From positions 1-64,000 of the forward strand of contig DIYK01000018.1 of assembly GCA_002429005.1 (NCBI GenBank): a DNA stretch of 64,000 nt, given 5' to 3'. The DNA comes from Verrucomicrobia bacterium UBA6056 (GTDB taxonomy: Bacteria > Verrucomicrobiota > Kiritimatiellia > SS1-B-03-39 > UBA6053). Numbering within the stretch: the first letter of the stretch is position 1; the number at the start of each line of letters is the position of its first letter. Shown piece after piece: positions 1 through 9,471 of this stretch. A program made the position numbers and the translations under genes. A model generated the notes under the pieces. That model did no database searches and was not told where the DNA came from. It saw only the letters and a program-made list of their open reading frames with translations.

Positions 1-115
1 CGTGTCGCCGCCGATTACATTCGGTACAGAGGGTTTGGCGTCGGGAGCGGCGTCACTACATCCTCCCCTTCATTTCTGACTCGCGAAAGCCCTAAAGCGC
101 AGTAAGAGAACAATC

Positions 116-1165
116 ATGAAGTTCTCGGGTCTCAGTCGCGGTTTATTTACCTTTGCTGCGTTTGTGGTGTTTGTGGCCGGCCTCCGAGCCGCCAGCAGCG
201 TCATTGTGCCCTTCCTGCTCGCCTGCTTTATCGGACTGATTACCTTTCCGATTATGACTTGGCTGCGCCGCAAGGGGATCCGACCGGGTTTCGCGGTGCT
301 TCTGATTATGATCGCCTTGCTGGGGCTGATTTACGGCTTCGTACAAATCAGCGGAAACTCGATTAATAAATTTGTCGAAAATTCCACGGAGTATCAGGTT
401 AAATTGCAAGCCATCAGCCGGGGCTGGGTGGAATGGCTTCGGGAAAATGACATCGAGATCAACTCGGAAACCTTCAGTTCTGTGATCAATCCCGCCAACC
501 TGATGCGGGGTGTGGTGAATACCCTGAACGCATTCGTCCTCGGTCTGCTCACCAATACCTTTATGATTATGGTCACGGTGGTCTTTCTGCTCTTCGAATT
601 ATCCGGCCTCCCCAACAAACTCCGCATCGCGCTTGGTGAGGATCACGCCAGCATCCCCGCGATGGATCGATTTACGGCTGCCCTGAACCGGTACTTGGCC
701 ATTAAAAGTGTGATCAGTCTGCTGACCGGCTTGCTCGCATATTTGCTGTGCACCTTCTTGCGAATTGATTTTGCCCTGCTTTGGGGCCTGTTAGCCTTTC
801 TCCTGAACTACGTCCCTAATATAGGTTCCATGATTGCGGCGGTCCCTCCCGTCATGCTGGCACTGGTCCAGTTTGGCACAGGTCGTGCCATCATCTGCGC
901 CATTGGTTACGTGGTGATCAACGTCAGCTTCGGCAATTTCATCGAACCCCGTGTCATGGGAAAAGGTCTGGGCCTGAGTACCTTGGTGGTGTGGATGTCC
1001 TTGTTATTCTGGGGCTGGGTATTCGGCCCAATTGGGATGTTACTGTCCATTCCGCTGACCATGATTGTGAAAATCGCCATGGAAAGCCGAGAAGACACCC
1101 AGTGGCTGGCCATCCTCCTGGGGTCGGATCCAGGTGAACCTACTCTTGAATCTCCGGAGGAATAA
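116..1165 (+). CDS. AI-2E family transporter (PerM/YhhT-like, UPF0118) polytopic membrane protein
   Basis: 349-aa ORF with multiple hydrophobic helices and a family-typical C-terminal half (…NYVPNIGSMIAAVPPV…FGNFIEPRVMGK…LLFWGWVFGPIGMLLSIPLT…). First gene of a tightly spaced plus-strand operon. Confidence 0.75.
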   Translation: MKFSGLSRGLFTFAAFVVFVAGLRAASSVIVPFLLACFIGLITFPIMTWLRRKGIRPGFAVLLIMIALLGLIYGFVQISGNSINKFVENSTEYQVKLQAISRGWVEWLRENDIEINSETFSSVINPANLMRGVVNTLNAFVLGLLTNTFMIMVTVVFLLFELSGLPNKLRIALGEDHASIPAMDRFTAALNRYLAIKSVISLLTGLLAYLLCTFLRIDFALLWGLLAFLLNYVPNIGSMIAAVPPVMLALVQFGTGRAIICAIGYVVINVSFGNFIEPRVMGKGLGLSTLVVWMSLLFWGWVFGPIGMLLSIPLTMIVKIAMESREDTQWLAILLGSDPGEPTLESPEE

Positions 1166-1180
1166 GAGAAACTATCCCTT

Positions 1181-2515
1181 ATGTCTGATTTGCTTACCGC
1201 CAACCGAATTCCGGCTTTCCACGTGATGACCAAACCCGTGGGGCCTATTTGTAACCTGAACTGCACCTACTGTTTTTATCTCGAGAAAGAGAAACTCTTC
1301 GGCAAAACCGAGCGCTTCCGCATGGAAGATGATGTGCTGGAGCAGTACATCAAGCAGTACATTGAGCAGCAGGATACCCCTGAAATTTCCTTCGCATGGC
1401 AAGGCGGAGAACCGACCCTGCTGGGTGCGGACTACTTCCGCAAGGTCGTGGAACTGCAGAAAAAACATGCCAATGGTAAAACCATCAGCAATGCCCTGCA
1501 AACCAATGGCACCCTGCTGAATGACGATTGGTGTGAATTTTTGGCCAAAGAAGGCTTCTTGATCGGTCTCAGTGTAGATGGTCCTCCGGATCTCCACGAC
1601 GCCTACCGTGTGGACAAGCGGGATCGGCCTTCCAGCGACGGCGTATTGAAGGGCCTGGGTTTTCTCAAAAAGCATGGGGTCGAGTTTAACACCCTCACGG
1701 TGGTCAACCGCATGAACAGCAAAGAGCCTGAGCGGGTGTACCGCTATCTAAAAGACATCGGATCCGGCTTCATTCAGTTCATTCCTTTGGTGGAACGGGA
1801 TGCGGATTCCGTTGCAAAAAACATGGGCTTGGACCTCAGCCTCCCCCCCGATCTGCAAAAAACAGAGCGGAACCGCATGGTCACCGAGTGGAGTCTGATT
1901 CCGGAGGACTACGGACAGTTCCTGGTCAGCGTCTACAACGAATGGGTGCGCCAGGATGTGGGCAAAACCTTCGTGCAATTCTTTGATGTGGCGTTGGGGA
2001 ACTGGATGGGCATGAGTGGCAGCCTCTGTGTGTTCAGTCCCACCTGCGGCACAGCGATGGCGCTGGAACATAATGGCGACCTCTACTCCTGCGACCATTA
2101 CGTGTATCCGAAGTATAAACTCGGTAACATTATGAACCAGAGCATTCGCAGCATGGTGGAAAGTAAAGAGCAGCGGAAGTTTGGACGGGACAAACAAAGC
2201 GCCCTGCCCAAATACTGCCGGGACTGTTCCGTTCGCTTTGCCTGCCATGGGGAATGCCCGAAACACCGCTTCCTCAAGACTCCGAAAGGGGAACCGGGCC
2301 TGAATTATCTGTGTACGGCCTACAAGCGCATTTTCAGCCACATGCAACCCACCATGAATATCATGACCCAGTTGTTGCGCAGTGGTCGCCCCGCGGCGGA
2401 AATCATGGAGATCGTCGCCCAACAGCCTGAACTCGCTCCGGAAAAACCACCGGCACGGAATGCCCCCTGCCCCTGTGGCAGCGGCTTAAAGTTCAAGCAC
2501 TGTTGCGGCACCTGA
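1181..2515 (+). CDS. anaerobic sulfatase-maturating-enzyme-like radical SAM/SPASM protein with a C-terminal SEC-C metal-binding motif
   Basis: N-terminal CNLNCTYCFY (CxxxCxxC) followed by GGEPTL. C-terminal SPASM Cys clusters (CVFSPTCGT…CDHY…CRDCSVRFACHGECPKH) and the anSME-typical 'YNEWVRQDVGKTFVQFFD' region. The extreme C-terminus CPCGSGLKFKHCCG matches a SEC-C motif. Confidence 0.75.
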   Translation: MSDLLTANRIPAFHVMTKPVGPICNLNCTYCFYLEKEKLFGKTERFRMEDDVLEQYIKQYIEQQDTPEISFAWQGGEPTLLGADYFRKVVELQKKHANGKTISNALQTNGTLLNDDWCEFLAKEGFLIGLSVDGPPDLHDAYRVDKRDRPSSDGVLKGLGFLKKHGVEFNTLTVVNRMNSKEPERVYRYLKDIGSGFIQFIPLVERDADSVAKNMGLDLSLPPDLQKTERNRMVTEWSLIPEDYGQFLVSVYNEWVRQDVGKTFVQFFDVALGNWMGMSGSLCVFSPTCGTAMALEHNGDLYSCDHYVYPKYKLGNIMNQSIRSMVESKEQRKFGRDKQSALPKYCRDCSVRFACHGECPKHRFLKTPKGEPGLNYLCTAYKRIFSHMQPTMNIMTQLLRSGRPAAEIMEIVAQQPELAPEKPPARNAPCPCGSGLKFKHCCGT

Positions 2516-2526
2516 GGAGGCTGACC

Positions 2527-5064
2527 ATGGCCCGTGCCTTGCCCCTACTCCTTCTCTCTTTCCTGGCCTTCCATGCGAAGGCGAGCGATGAGACAAACGC
2601 AGCTGCACTCCCTATCCGATTGCAGGCCTTTGCCCGGGAACAGGTCCCTGTCACCAACCCCATCCGTTGGGTGCAATTTGTGGACCAAGTCCCCGACGGG
2701 ACTCGGGTTCAGAAGGGGGATATTCTTTTCCGCCTCGACCTCTCTGGTCCCGAAGATCGTAAAATCCAAGCCGAAGAGGATCTTAAAAAAATCCGCAACC
2801 GTACCGCCCGCGAGCTGGGAGAACTGGAAGACAAGCTTCTCGACCTTGAAGACCGGATTACCCGGCGCAGCGCGGATTTAGAAGTGGTCCAAGCCCGCAT
2901 TCGTGAGTTAAACGCCTTACCCAACCAGGATGATGTCGCTATTGCCCAGGGACGTCTTGATGTTGCCGCACGCAATCTTCAAGCCGCTAAAGAAGATCTC
3001 GAACGGGCCGAACAGCGTTTTGCTGAAGAACTCATCTCCCCAGGAGATCTTGCCCGCAGCAAGCTGGATCACGAAACGCAGAAAGCCCGCTATGATTATG
3101 CGCGGAGACGCCTGGGCAGCACGGACCTGCCTGCACACCCGCTGCAGCTGAGCATTGAGGACTTAAAAGCCGAGAATTTAAAGCTGGAAGTGGAGAAACT
3201 CAGCCGGGAACGGGATACCCAGGAAGAACTGTTCCGTCTCAAGGAACGTTCACGGGAACGGGAATTGGAATCCAAGCTCGAAGAACTTCGTGAGGCAGAA
3301 GAAGAACTCAAACATGGAGAAGTTCCCGCCCCCCAGGATGGCGTGATCCTCTATACTTCTCAACTGAAACGGCATCTAGCCCAGGGACATAAACCACCAA
3401 AAGATATGACCCTGGTTGAATTTCCTCTCCAGGAAAGCCTGGCGCTTCGGGGAAGCATTGCCGAACACCTGCGCCCTCTGATGAAGGTAGGTGGAGAATG
3501 TCGGATCCGGATAAACAGTTTTCCCGGAGAAAGCTTTACGGGGCGCTTGCTGGAGATTTCGCCCTATTCCCGCGATGCCTTGGCCGGAGACAACAACTCC
3601 GAGGACAGTGGAGTAAAATGGGTGGATGTGGTCTTTGAGATCGACGCCGCAGGCAAAGAAATTCCCTTTGGCAGCATTGGCTGGGCGGAATGGCTTCCGG
3701 AGAAACCCTCCCAGGCACATGTTTTTCCTATCGACTGGGTGCGAGTCCGGGCAGGGAAGCCTCACCTGAGTGTGCAAGGAACCTATCAGCCGGTTGAAGG
3801 CTGGATGGCCGGAGCTGAGTTCTGGCTCCTCAGCCCGGAACTGGACAAAGAGCAGGTCTTTGCTGAAGGAACCTGGCCACGGGACCCACAGCAACACACC
3901 GGTCCAATTGAAGAAGAGGATGAACGCCGCTTCCGGGCCAGTGGAGAATTACAACCCGTCAGCAGCATTGCCATTGAAGCGCCGCATGTGCGGACATGGG
4001 ATATGAAAATCACCTGGGTGGCACCGGAAAATGAATTCATGAAGCAAGGGGATCCTTTAATCCGATTGGAGAGCGACCGCCTACGGGACCGTTTAAAAAG
4101 TGCAAAACGGGAGGCCAACAAGTCCTCCGAAGAACTCGAACAGGCCCGCGAAGAATTAAGTTTGCGTGTTCGCGAAGAAAGCTTCCGGGTCAAGGTCGAG
4201 GAGAACAAGACCCGGATTAAAGAAATGGAACTGGAGCTGGTTGAGAACTCCGTTTCTTCCTCTCAGCTGCATCAGGCCATCCTCAACCTGCAAACTCAGG
4301 GCTTGCAGAAAGCAGAAGCTGAACGGAATTTGGCCCGAATGGACGCCAAACCGGATCTCTTCTCCCGTTTGGAAAGAACCCGTGCCGAAAGACGACTCAC
4401 ACGTCTGGAACTAGACTTGGAAAAAACCCGGAACAACTTTGAAGACATTCGTAAAGGCGAAAGCGAAGAAGCGAAAAGTCAGGCCCGCCTGGAGCTGCTG
4501 CGTCAGAAAGCCACCTTGGCTGAAGTCACGGCCTCCACCCGGAAATCCCGCAGTGGCGCGGAATCCCGGGTCCGCTGGCGTACCCGTCGCTTACGGCGTC
4601 ATGAAAAAGAACTGCGCCGTGCCGAAAATGACATCAAAGCCCTCACCCTCAAAGCTCCCGAAGATGGCATTCTCCAGCATCAGCGAATTTGGGACGGAGT
4701 GGGCCGCAGTAAACTTCGCTCCGGGATGACCGTGTACCGTGGCTTCCATCTGCTCAGCTTGTCCAATGATCATAACCTGAAAGTAGAAGTGGATGTTCCC
4801 GAACGCTACCTGCCGTTACTGAAGGAAGGCATGGAACTGGAAGTACGTATTCCCAGTGAAGGGAACTTAACCCGCAAGGCCAGTATCGCCTCGATCAGCC
4901 CACTTTTACACCCCGCCCAACTGGATAGTGTACAGGAGAGCCTTTACAGCAACCGGGAACCCCCCAGTGAACAGGTGGCCAAGGTCAACATTCACTTGGA
5001 GTCTGCGCAGGATTCGATAAGTCCTGGTGCCATCGCCCATGTTCTGTTTCCCTTTGCACCCTGA
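2527..5064 (+). CDS. HlyD/membrane-fusion-family periplasmic adaptor-like protein, internally duplicated (two biotinyl-lipoyl-like plus coiled-coil modules), with a signal peptide
   Basis: The ORF list starts it at 2503, but a strong GAGGAGG Shine-Dalgarno precedes the ATG at 2527 (MARALPLLLLSFLAFHAKA signal peptide). Two HlyD-like lipoyl half-motifs are present (…VQFVDQVPDGTRVQKGDILFRLD… and …MKITWVAPENEFMKQGDPLIRLE…), separated by long E/R/K/L-rich coiled coils. C-terminal beta-domain motifs (GMTVYRGFHLLSL…, ISPGAIAHV). It is 4 nt from the upstream stop and shares a nucleotide with the downstream start. Confidence 0.6.
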   Translation: MARALPLLLLSFLAFHAKASDETNAAALPIRLQAFAREQVPVTNPIRWVQFVDQVPDGTRVQKGDILFRLDLSGPEDRKIQAEEDLKKIRNRTARELGELEDKLLDLEDRITRRSADLEVVQARIRELNALPNQDDVAIAQGRLDVAARNLQAAKEDLERAEQRFAEELISPGDLARSKLDHETQKARYDYARRRLGSTDLPAHPLQLSIEDLKAENLKLEVEKLSRERDTQEELFRLKERSRERELESKLEELREAEEELKHGEVPAPQDGVILYTSQLKRHLAQGHKPPKDMTLVEFPLQESLALRGSIAEHLRPLMKVGGECRIRINSFPGESFTGRLLEISPYSRDALAGDNNSEDSGVKWVDVVFEIDAAGKEIPFGSIGWAEWLPEKPSQAHVFPIDWVRVRAGKPHLSVQGTYQPVEGWMAGAEFWLLSPELDKEQVFAEGTWPRDPQQHTGPIEEEDERRFRASGELQPVSSIAIEAPHVRTWDMKITWVAPENEFMKQGDPLIRLESDRLRDRLKSAKREANKSSEELEQAREELSLRVREESFRVKVEENKTRIKEMELELVENSVSSSQLHQAILNLQTQGLQKAEAERNLARMDAKPDLFSRLERTRAERRLTRLELDLEKTRNNFEDIRKGESEEAKSQARLELLRQKATLAEVTASTRKSRSGAESRVRWRTRRLRRHEKELRRAENDIKALTLKAPEDGILQHQRIWDGVGRSKLRSGMTVYRGFHLLSLSNDHNLKVEVDVPERYLPLLKEGMELEVRIPSEGNLTRKASIASISPLLHPAQLDSVQESLYSNREPPSEQVAKVNIHLESAQDSISPGAIAHVLFPFAP

Positions 5065-6026
5065 TGAAGTATCGACCCTGGTATCGGGCCTGGCCTGAAT
5101 ATATTGCCTTGTTGCTTGGAATCTGCTGGATTCCATTGCTCCCCCGGAAAGCTGTACTGGGCTTAGCGGCCTTTGCCGGCAAGCTTGGGTATCGAAGTGC
5201 CAAAGGGCTACGAGAGGTGGCCATGCAAAATCTGGACCTGGTCTTTGAAGATCGCAAAAGCCCTGAGGAAAAAGAACAGATCCTGAAACGGTGTTTCCGA
5301 AATTTCGCTCTCCTTGTGCTCGATTTACTCTGGTTCAGCTTCCGTCCCCATCGCCGCATGCCTAAATGGTTTATCTGGGATGAAAGCTTCGAACCGCTGT
5401 TCAGCGATGGGGCGAAACTTATTTTAACCGCGCACTATGGGAATTGGGAAACCGTGGGCCAGGCCTTTGCAGAGCGCGGCCAGCCAATCTGTTCGGTAGC
5501 GGCTCCACTGAAAAACCGGCAGGTGGACCGGTTATTTATTCGTCTGCGTCAGCAAACAGGCCAAAAGATTCTTCCGCAGCAGGGCGCCGCTCGCGCCTTA
5601 TTGAAAGGCCTCAAGCAAGGGGCCATTCCCGCGGTCCTGCTGGATCAGAACACCCGAGTGAAGGACGGAGGCATGTTTGTTCCCTTCTTCGGCAGGGAGG
5701 TCCCCGTATCCAGCGCACCTGCGGCTCTGGCATTAAAAAGCAAAACAGACACCTACATGTGTACCGCCCGTCCTACGGACACAGGCCACTATCAGGTCCG
5801 TTGCCATACCAAACTTGAAGGCAATCCCGATGCGGAAAACCCGGTGGCAGACCTGACCGCCCGGATGACGGCAGCCCTGGAGCCGGTGATCCTGGAAGCT
5901 CCCGAATTCTGGTGTTGGATGTACAAACGCTGGAAGTTCATTCCTCCGGCTGCTGACGGGGCTCCCTACCCCGCATACGCCATCCCAACTCCGGAACGGG
6001 ATTTGGGTAAACATGGCGCAACTTGA
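5064..6026 (+). CDS. LpxL/HtrB-family (lysophospholipid / lipid A) acyltransferase
   Basis: 320 aa with an N-terminal hydrophobic anchor and an 'HYGNWE' catalytic box. Overall architecture is typical of Kdo2-lipid IVA lauroyl/myristoyl transferases. Its start overlaps the stop of the upstream adaptor gene. Confidence 0.65.
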   Translation: MKYRPWYRAWPEYIALLLGICWIPLLPRKAVLGLAAFAGKLGYRSAKGLREVAMQNLDLVFEDRKSPEEKEQILKRCFRNFALLVLDLLWFSFRPHRRMPKWFIWDESFEPLFSDGAKLILTAHYGNWETVGQAFAERGQPICSVAAPLKNRQVDRLFIRLRQQTGQKILPQQGAARALLKGLKQGAIPAVLLDQNTRVKDGGMFVPFFGREVPVSSAPAALALKSKTDTYMCTARPTDTGHYQVRCHTKLEGNPDAENPVADLTARMTAALEPVILEAPEFWCWMYKRWKFIPPAADGAPYPAYAIPTPERDLGKHGAT

Positions 6027-6134
6027 TCGATTTGGGGGCAAAAACCTACAAGCTGGTAGGACGGATGAAGAGAAAAAGCGATTCCAGGAAAAATTATTGA
6101 ACTGATAGAGACGAGTCGTAGTCATATCAGTCTT

Positions 6135-7496
6135 ATGTCTCAATCCATAGTTCGACTCCTGACGTGTTCGCTCCTGCTATTTTCCTTTACTGCCTGTGTC
6201 AGTCCGCCCGGTTCTCCCGCGTCGGAATACCAGGGAACCCAGCGGGCACTCTCCGCCTCTGATGGGGTTCTGGTTCACTTTAAAGTGGAACAGGCCGCCT
6301 CCTCTGCACGCGGAAACCGCGAGCCCCGGACGGTGACCTTCTCCGGCATTGTCCTGTCTGAAGAAGGGCATTTGCTTGCCCCCTTCAATATCAAACCCGA
6401 TACAGCTGACCGAATTGAAGCCTGGGTTGGCGAAGATCGCTACATCGCCCGGTCAATCAAAGCGGAACCCTCTCTGGGAATGAGCCTGCTGAAAATTCAG
6501 CCAAAAGCCCCATTGACCCCGGTGGATCTGAGTTCCACCGGAGAGCTCGGCATCGGAGACAGTGCCTACACCGTGGTGGGATCCGACGACAGCAACGAAT
6601 TTACCCGCTTCGCTTTCCGGGCCTTCTGCCAGGGAATCATCGAAGGATTCTACCGTCAGTTCAGCCTGAGCCCCTTGCCGAACGCTACCCGGGGCGCTCC
6701 CCTGTTCAATTCCACCGGGGAATGGGTCGGAATCGTTACGCAGAACAATGCCTGGGTGCTGGACGATCTCCGCCCGGATATTCAGCAAATGCTGGATGAA
6801 GCCCTCGGTGAGTCTGAAGGTCCTGCAGCCAGCAACAGCGTCTGGTTTGGTGCGATTCTCTCTCCCATCAATACGGACTATGCCCGGGCACAAAATCTGC
6901 CTCGCAGTGCTTTGTGGCTCGTTCACGTCTATGATGACACCGGGGCACATGAAGCAGGTTTCCAGAATGGAGATCTCCTGGTCTCGCTCAATGGCAACCC
7001 GCTGCGCATGAGCGGCAACCGCACCCAGCAGTACTTCAACCAGGCTCTGCGGCCCAAAGAAGGTCAGAGTTTCGAAGCGGAAGTGCTGCGGGACGGCAAA
7101 CGGATCAGCGGCACCGGCACGCTCACCAAACGCCCCGAGCCCGACACCCTGCAGGCTGAGGATATTGGGATCACCGTGAGCAATATCAACGAAGCCATGG
7201 AAACCCGTCTCAACCTCTTTGAAACCGAGGGCGTGATTGTCACGGAACTGAAACCGGGTAGCCCAGCAGCTACAGGTCGTCAGTTTGGTCAGCCTCTGCT
7301 TCGCCGGCGGGACGTCATCACCGAACTTGGCGGCATGCCCACTCCTGATGTGGAAGCCTTCGGTAAAGCCCTGGACAGCATTCGTCAGGAACGTCCTGAT
7401 TCTGTCTTGGTAGAATTCATGCGTGGCCCGATCAACAGTATCGAAGCCCTCAACATGCGCATTGGCAACAGCACCTCTTCTCCGGATTCCCTCTAA
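6135..7496 (+). CDS. lipoprotein with an HtrA-like fold and a PDZ-like C-terminus; predicted catalytically inactive protease homologue
   Basis: Lipobox (…LLFSFTAC). The region is collinear with the HtrA catalytic core, but the GNSGGP serine box is replaced by 'ATRGAPLF', so no nucleophilic Ser. PDZ-like segments lie downstream. Its TAA stop overlaps the ATG of the next gene (taATG). Confidence 0.5.
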   Translation: MSQSIVRLLTCSLLLFSFTACVSPPGSPASEYQGTQRALSASDGVLVHFKVEQAASSARGNREPRTVTFSGIVLSEEGHLLAPFNIKPDTADRIEAWVGEDRYIARSIKAEPSLGMSLLKIQPKAPLTPVDLSSTGELGIGDSAYTVVGSDDSNEFTRFAFRAFCQGIIEGFYRQFSLSPLPNATRGAPLFNSTGEWVGIVTQNNAWVLDDLRPDIQQMLDEALGESEGPAASNSVWFGAILSPINTDYARAQNLPRSALWLVHVYDDTGAHEAGFQNGDLLVSLNGNPLRMSGNRTQQYFNQALRPKEGQSFEAEVLRDGKRISGTGTLTKRPEPDTLQAEDIGITVSNINEAMETRLNLFETEGVIVTELKPGSPAATGRQFGQPLLRRRDVITELGGMPTPDVEAFGKALDSIRQERPDSVLVEFMRGPINSIEALNMRIGNSTSSPDSL

Positions 7497-9382
7497 TGAA
7501 AAAACTTCTGATTCTTACTCTGCCCATGCTGATGCAGCTTTCTGCACAGCCTCTTCTACAGCCTGCTGCCCAGGAAAACGCTCCTGCGGAAACCAGCTCG
7601 GACATCCCCCGCGAAATCATTAGCAAAGTAGACCCCAGCGTGGTGTCTATTCAGCACGAACGCGCAGGAGGCACAGGATTCATCATTTCCGAAGACGGCT
7701 ACATTCTCTCCAACGGTCATGTGGTTCGTGGCTCGGATGCTGAGGATCCCACCCGTCCGGCGAAAAGCATCACTGTGATTCTGAATGACGAACGCAAGTT
7801 CCCGGCAAAAGTTCTGGGTTGGTCTATGGACCCGGATGTGGCTCTCCTGAAAATCGAAGGAGAAGGCTTCCAGCCAGTGCAGTTCGGTGACAGCCGGAAT
7901 GTGCAGGTCGGCCAGAAATGTTTTGCTGTGGGTACGCCTTCCGGCCTTCGTCGGACCTTTACCAGTGGTATCCTCAGTAACGTAGAACGTACGGACCTGA
8001 ATACGGAGACCGTGGTGTTCCAAACGGATGCCGCGATTAACCAGGGAAATAGTGGTGGCCCCTTGTTTGATCAACAGGGCCATGTCCTCGGGATTAATAC
8101 CTATGGATTTCAGGGACGGAACAACCTGGGCTTCACCATTCCGATTCACGTCGCGTTGGACATGATTGATGACTTGAAAACCCGGGGGCGTTTTGTGCGC
8201 AGCCTGGTCCCCCTCTACTTCACCAGTGAAATCTATGACGAGCTCGCGCAAACACTGGGAGTGGAAAGCGGCGTCCTCATTACCTGGGTCATGCCCGGAT
8301 CCGAAGCGGAAGCCTTGGGCTTGAAATCCGGTGATATCCTCACGGCCATTGACGGAAATTCCGTGAACGCCCGCAGTAAGGCAGACTTGCTCAAACTGGA
8401 ATGGGATCAAAGCGTTCGAGAAGGTGGCGAAGAAACCACTCTGACCGTGCTGCGAGGCAAACAGGGAGAACGCGAAGAAATCACCTTCGAAACCACCCTG
8501 AAAGAAATGGGTCTTCTTCCACAGTTCGGGCGGCATGCGGGTGAGATTCTGGAACACCGTTATGCTGCATTAGGCCTCGGTGTCAAAGAGCTGGTGGATC
8601 TGCATCACTTGATTCACGAAACACCCGCAGACAGCAGCGGCGTGCTGGTTCAATATGTGGAGGATAACTCTACAGCAGACCGCGCCGGTATTCAGAAACT
8701 GGACATCATTCACAGTGTTCGTGGAAAAGAAATTAATAGCCTGACCGAATTCCGACAAGAGCTGGAAACGGCTCTTCAGGAAAATGATCTGGCCATTCAG
8801 ATTGAGATCACCCGGAAAAAACTGGATGTGGTCACCGCGCTTGCCCCGGACTACGCCCTGAAAGGCAAAAAAATTGTGCTGCTTGCCGCTGCGACGGAAC
8901 ATGAATTCGTGGATGTCATGATGCGCGAACTCTTGGCCAAGGGAGCGGATCTCGAGATCTGCGTTCCAGGTAAAAGCGCCCTCGTCCGTCCTGGACTTGA
9001 GAGCAAACTGGCTGCAGACGTCGATGTATCGGATGCCAGTGCACTGGAAGATGTGGATCTCTTGCTGATCGCTGGTGGCGAAGGAAGCCGCAGCCTGCTT
9101 AAGAACGAAGAAGTTCTCAGCTGGGTGAAAGATCGGATTGAGAACAAGAAGCTGCTCGCCACCGTCGGCAGCGCCGGATTGATCCCCATCAAAGCCATGG
9201 GAGGCAAACTGGAACTCAAAATCACATTGCCCAGTGCGGACTCCAGCCGCGCCCTGCTTCAGGGAGCGACCTATACCGGGAATGACATCGAGAAAGATGG
9301 ATCCCTGCATAGTTCCACCGGTGAGGAACGTGACGTGATCCGAAAATTCATCAACAGCCTCTCCAATGCATTGATCATGTAA
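7496..9382 (+). CDS. HtrA/DegP-family serine protease (S1C) with PDZ domains fused to a C-terminal DJ-1/PfpI-like domain
   Basis: Signal peptide. Catalytic motifs present: SNGHVV (His), a D in …MDPDVALLKIE…, and NQGNSGGPLF (Ser). Two PDZ-like stretches. The last ~180 aa (KKIVLLAAATEHEFVDVMMRELLAKGADLEI…DLLLIAGGEG…KKLLATVGSAGL) resemble the DJ-1/PfpI class-I glutamine-amidotransferase-like fold, but the usual nucleophile Cys position is G/S. Confidence 0.7.
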   Translation: MKKLLILTLPMLMQLSAQPLLQPAAQENAPAETSSDIPREIISKVDPSVVSIQHERAGGTGFIISEDGYILSNGHVVRGSDAEDPTRPAKSITVILNDERKFPAKVLGWSMDPDVALLKIEGEGFQPVQFGDSRNVQVGQKCFAVGTPSGLRRTFTSGILSNVERTDLNTETVVFQTDAAINQGNSGGPLFDQQGHVLGINTYGFQGRNNLGFTIPIHVALDMIDDLKTRGRFVRSLVPLYFTSEIYDELAQTLGVESGVLITWVMPGSEAEALGLKSGDILTAIDGNSVNARSKADLLKLEWDQSVREGGEETTLTVLRGKQGEREEITFETTLKEMGLLPQFGRHAGEILEHRYAALGLGVKELVDLHHLIHETPADSSGVLVQYVEDNSTADRAGIQKLDIIHSVRGKEINSLTEFRQELETALQENDLAIQIEITRKKLDVVTALAPDYALKGKKIVLLAAATEHEFVDVMMRELLAKGADLEICVPGKSALVRPGLESKLAADVDVSDASALEDVDLLLIAGGEGSRSLLKNEEVLSWVKDRIENKKLLATVGSAGLIPIKAMGGKLELKITLPSADSSRALLQGATYTGNDIEKDGSLHSSTGEERDVIRKFINSLSNALIM

Positions 9383-9471
9383 GCCTCCGGAACCCATCCG
9401 GCCGAAAATCAGCGGCTTCTCCAGGCATTATCGAAAAGAAACTTGCCCGGAGGAGCCGCTTCGGTATTTGT

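Noticed and set aside
1172-1675. 167-aa minus-strand ORF overlapping the radical SAM gene, and 224 aa at 1748-2422
   Set aside because: Both are antisense to a gene with unambiguous CxxxCxxC/SPASM motifs.
7556-9397. Minus-strand ORFs of 333 and 275 aa opposite the HtrA-DJ-1 gene
   Set aside because: They are antisense to a gene carrying the full catalytic triad and GNSGGP box. Their composition (G/F/H-rich) is typical of reverse-frame artefacts.
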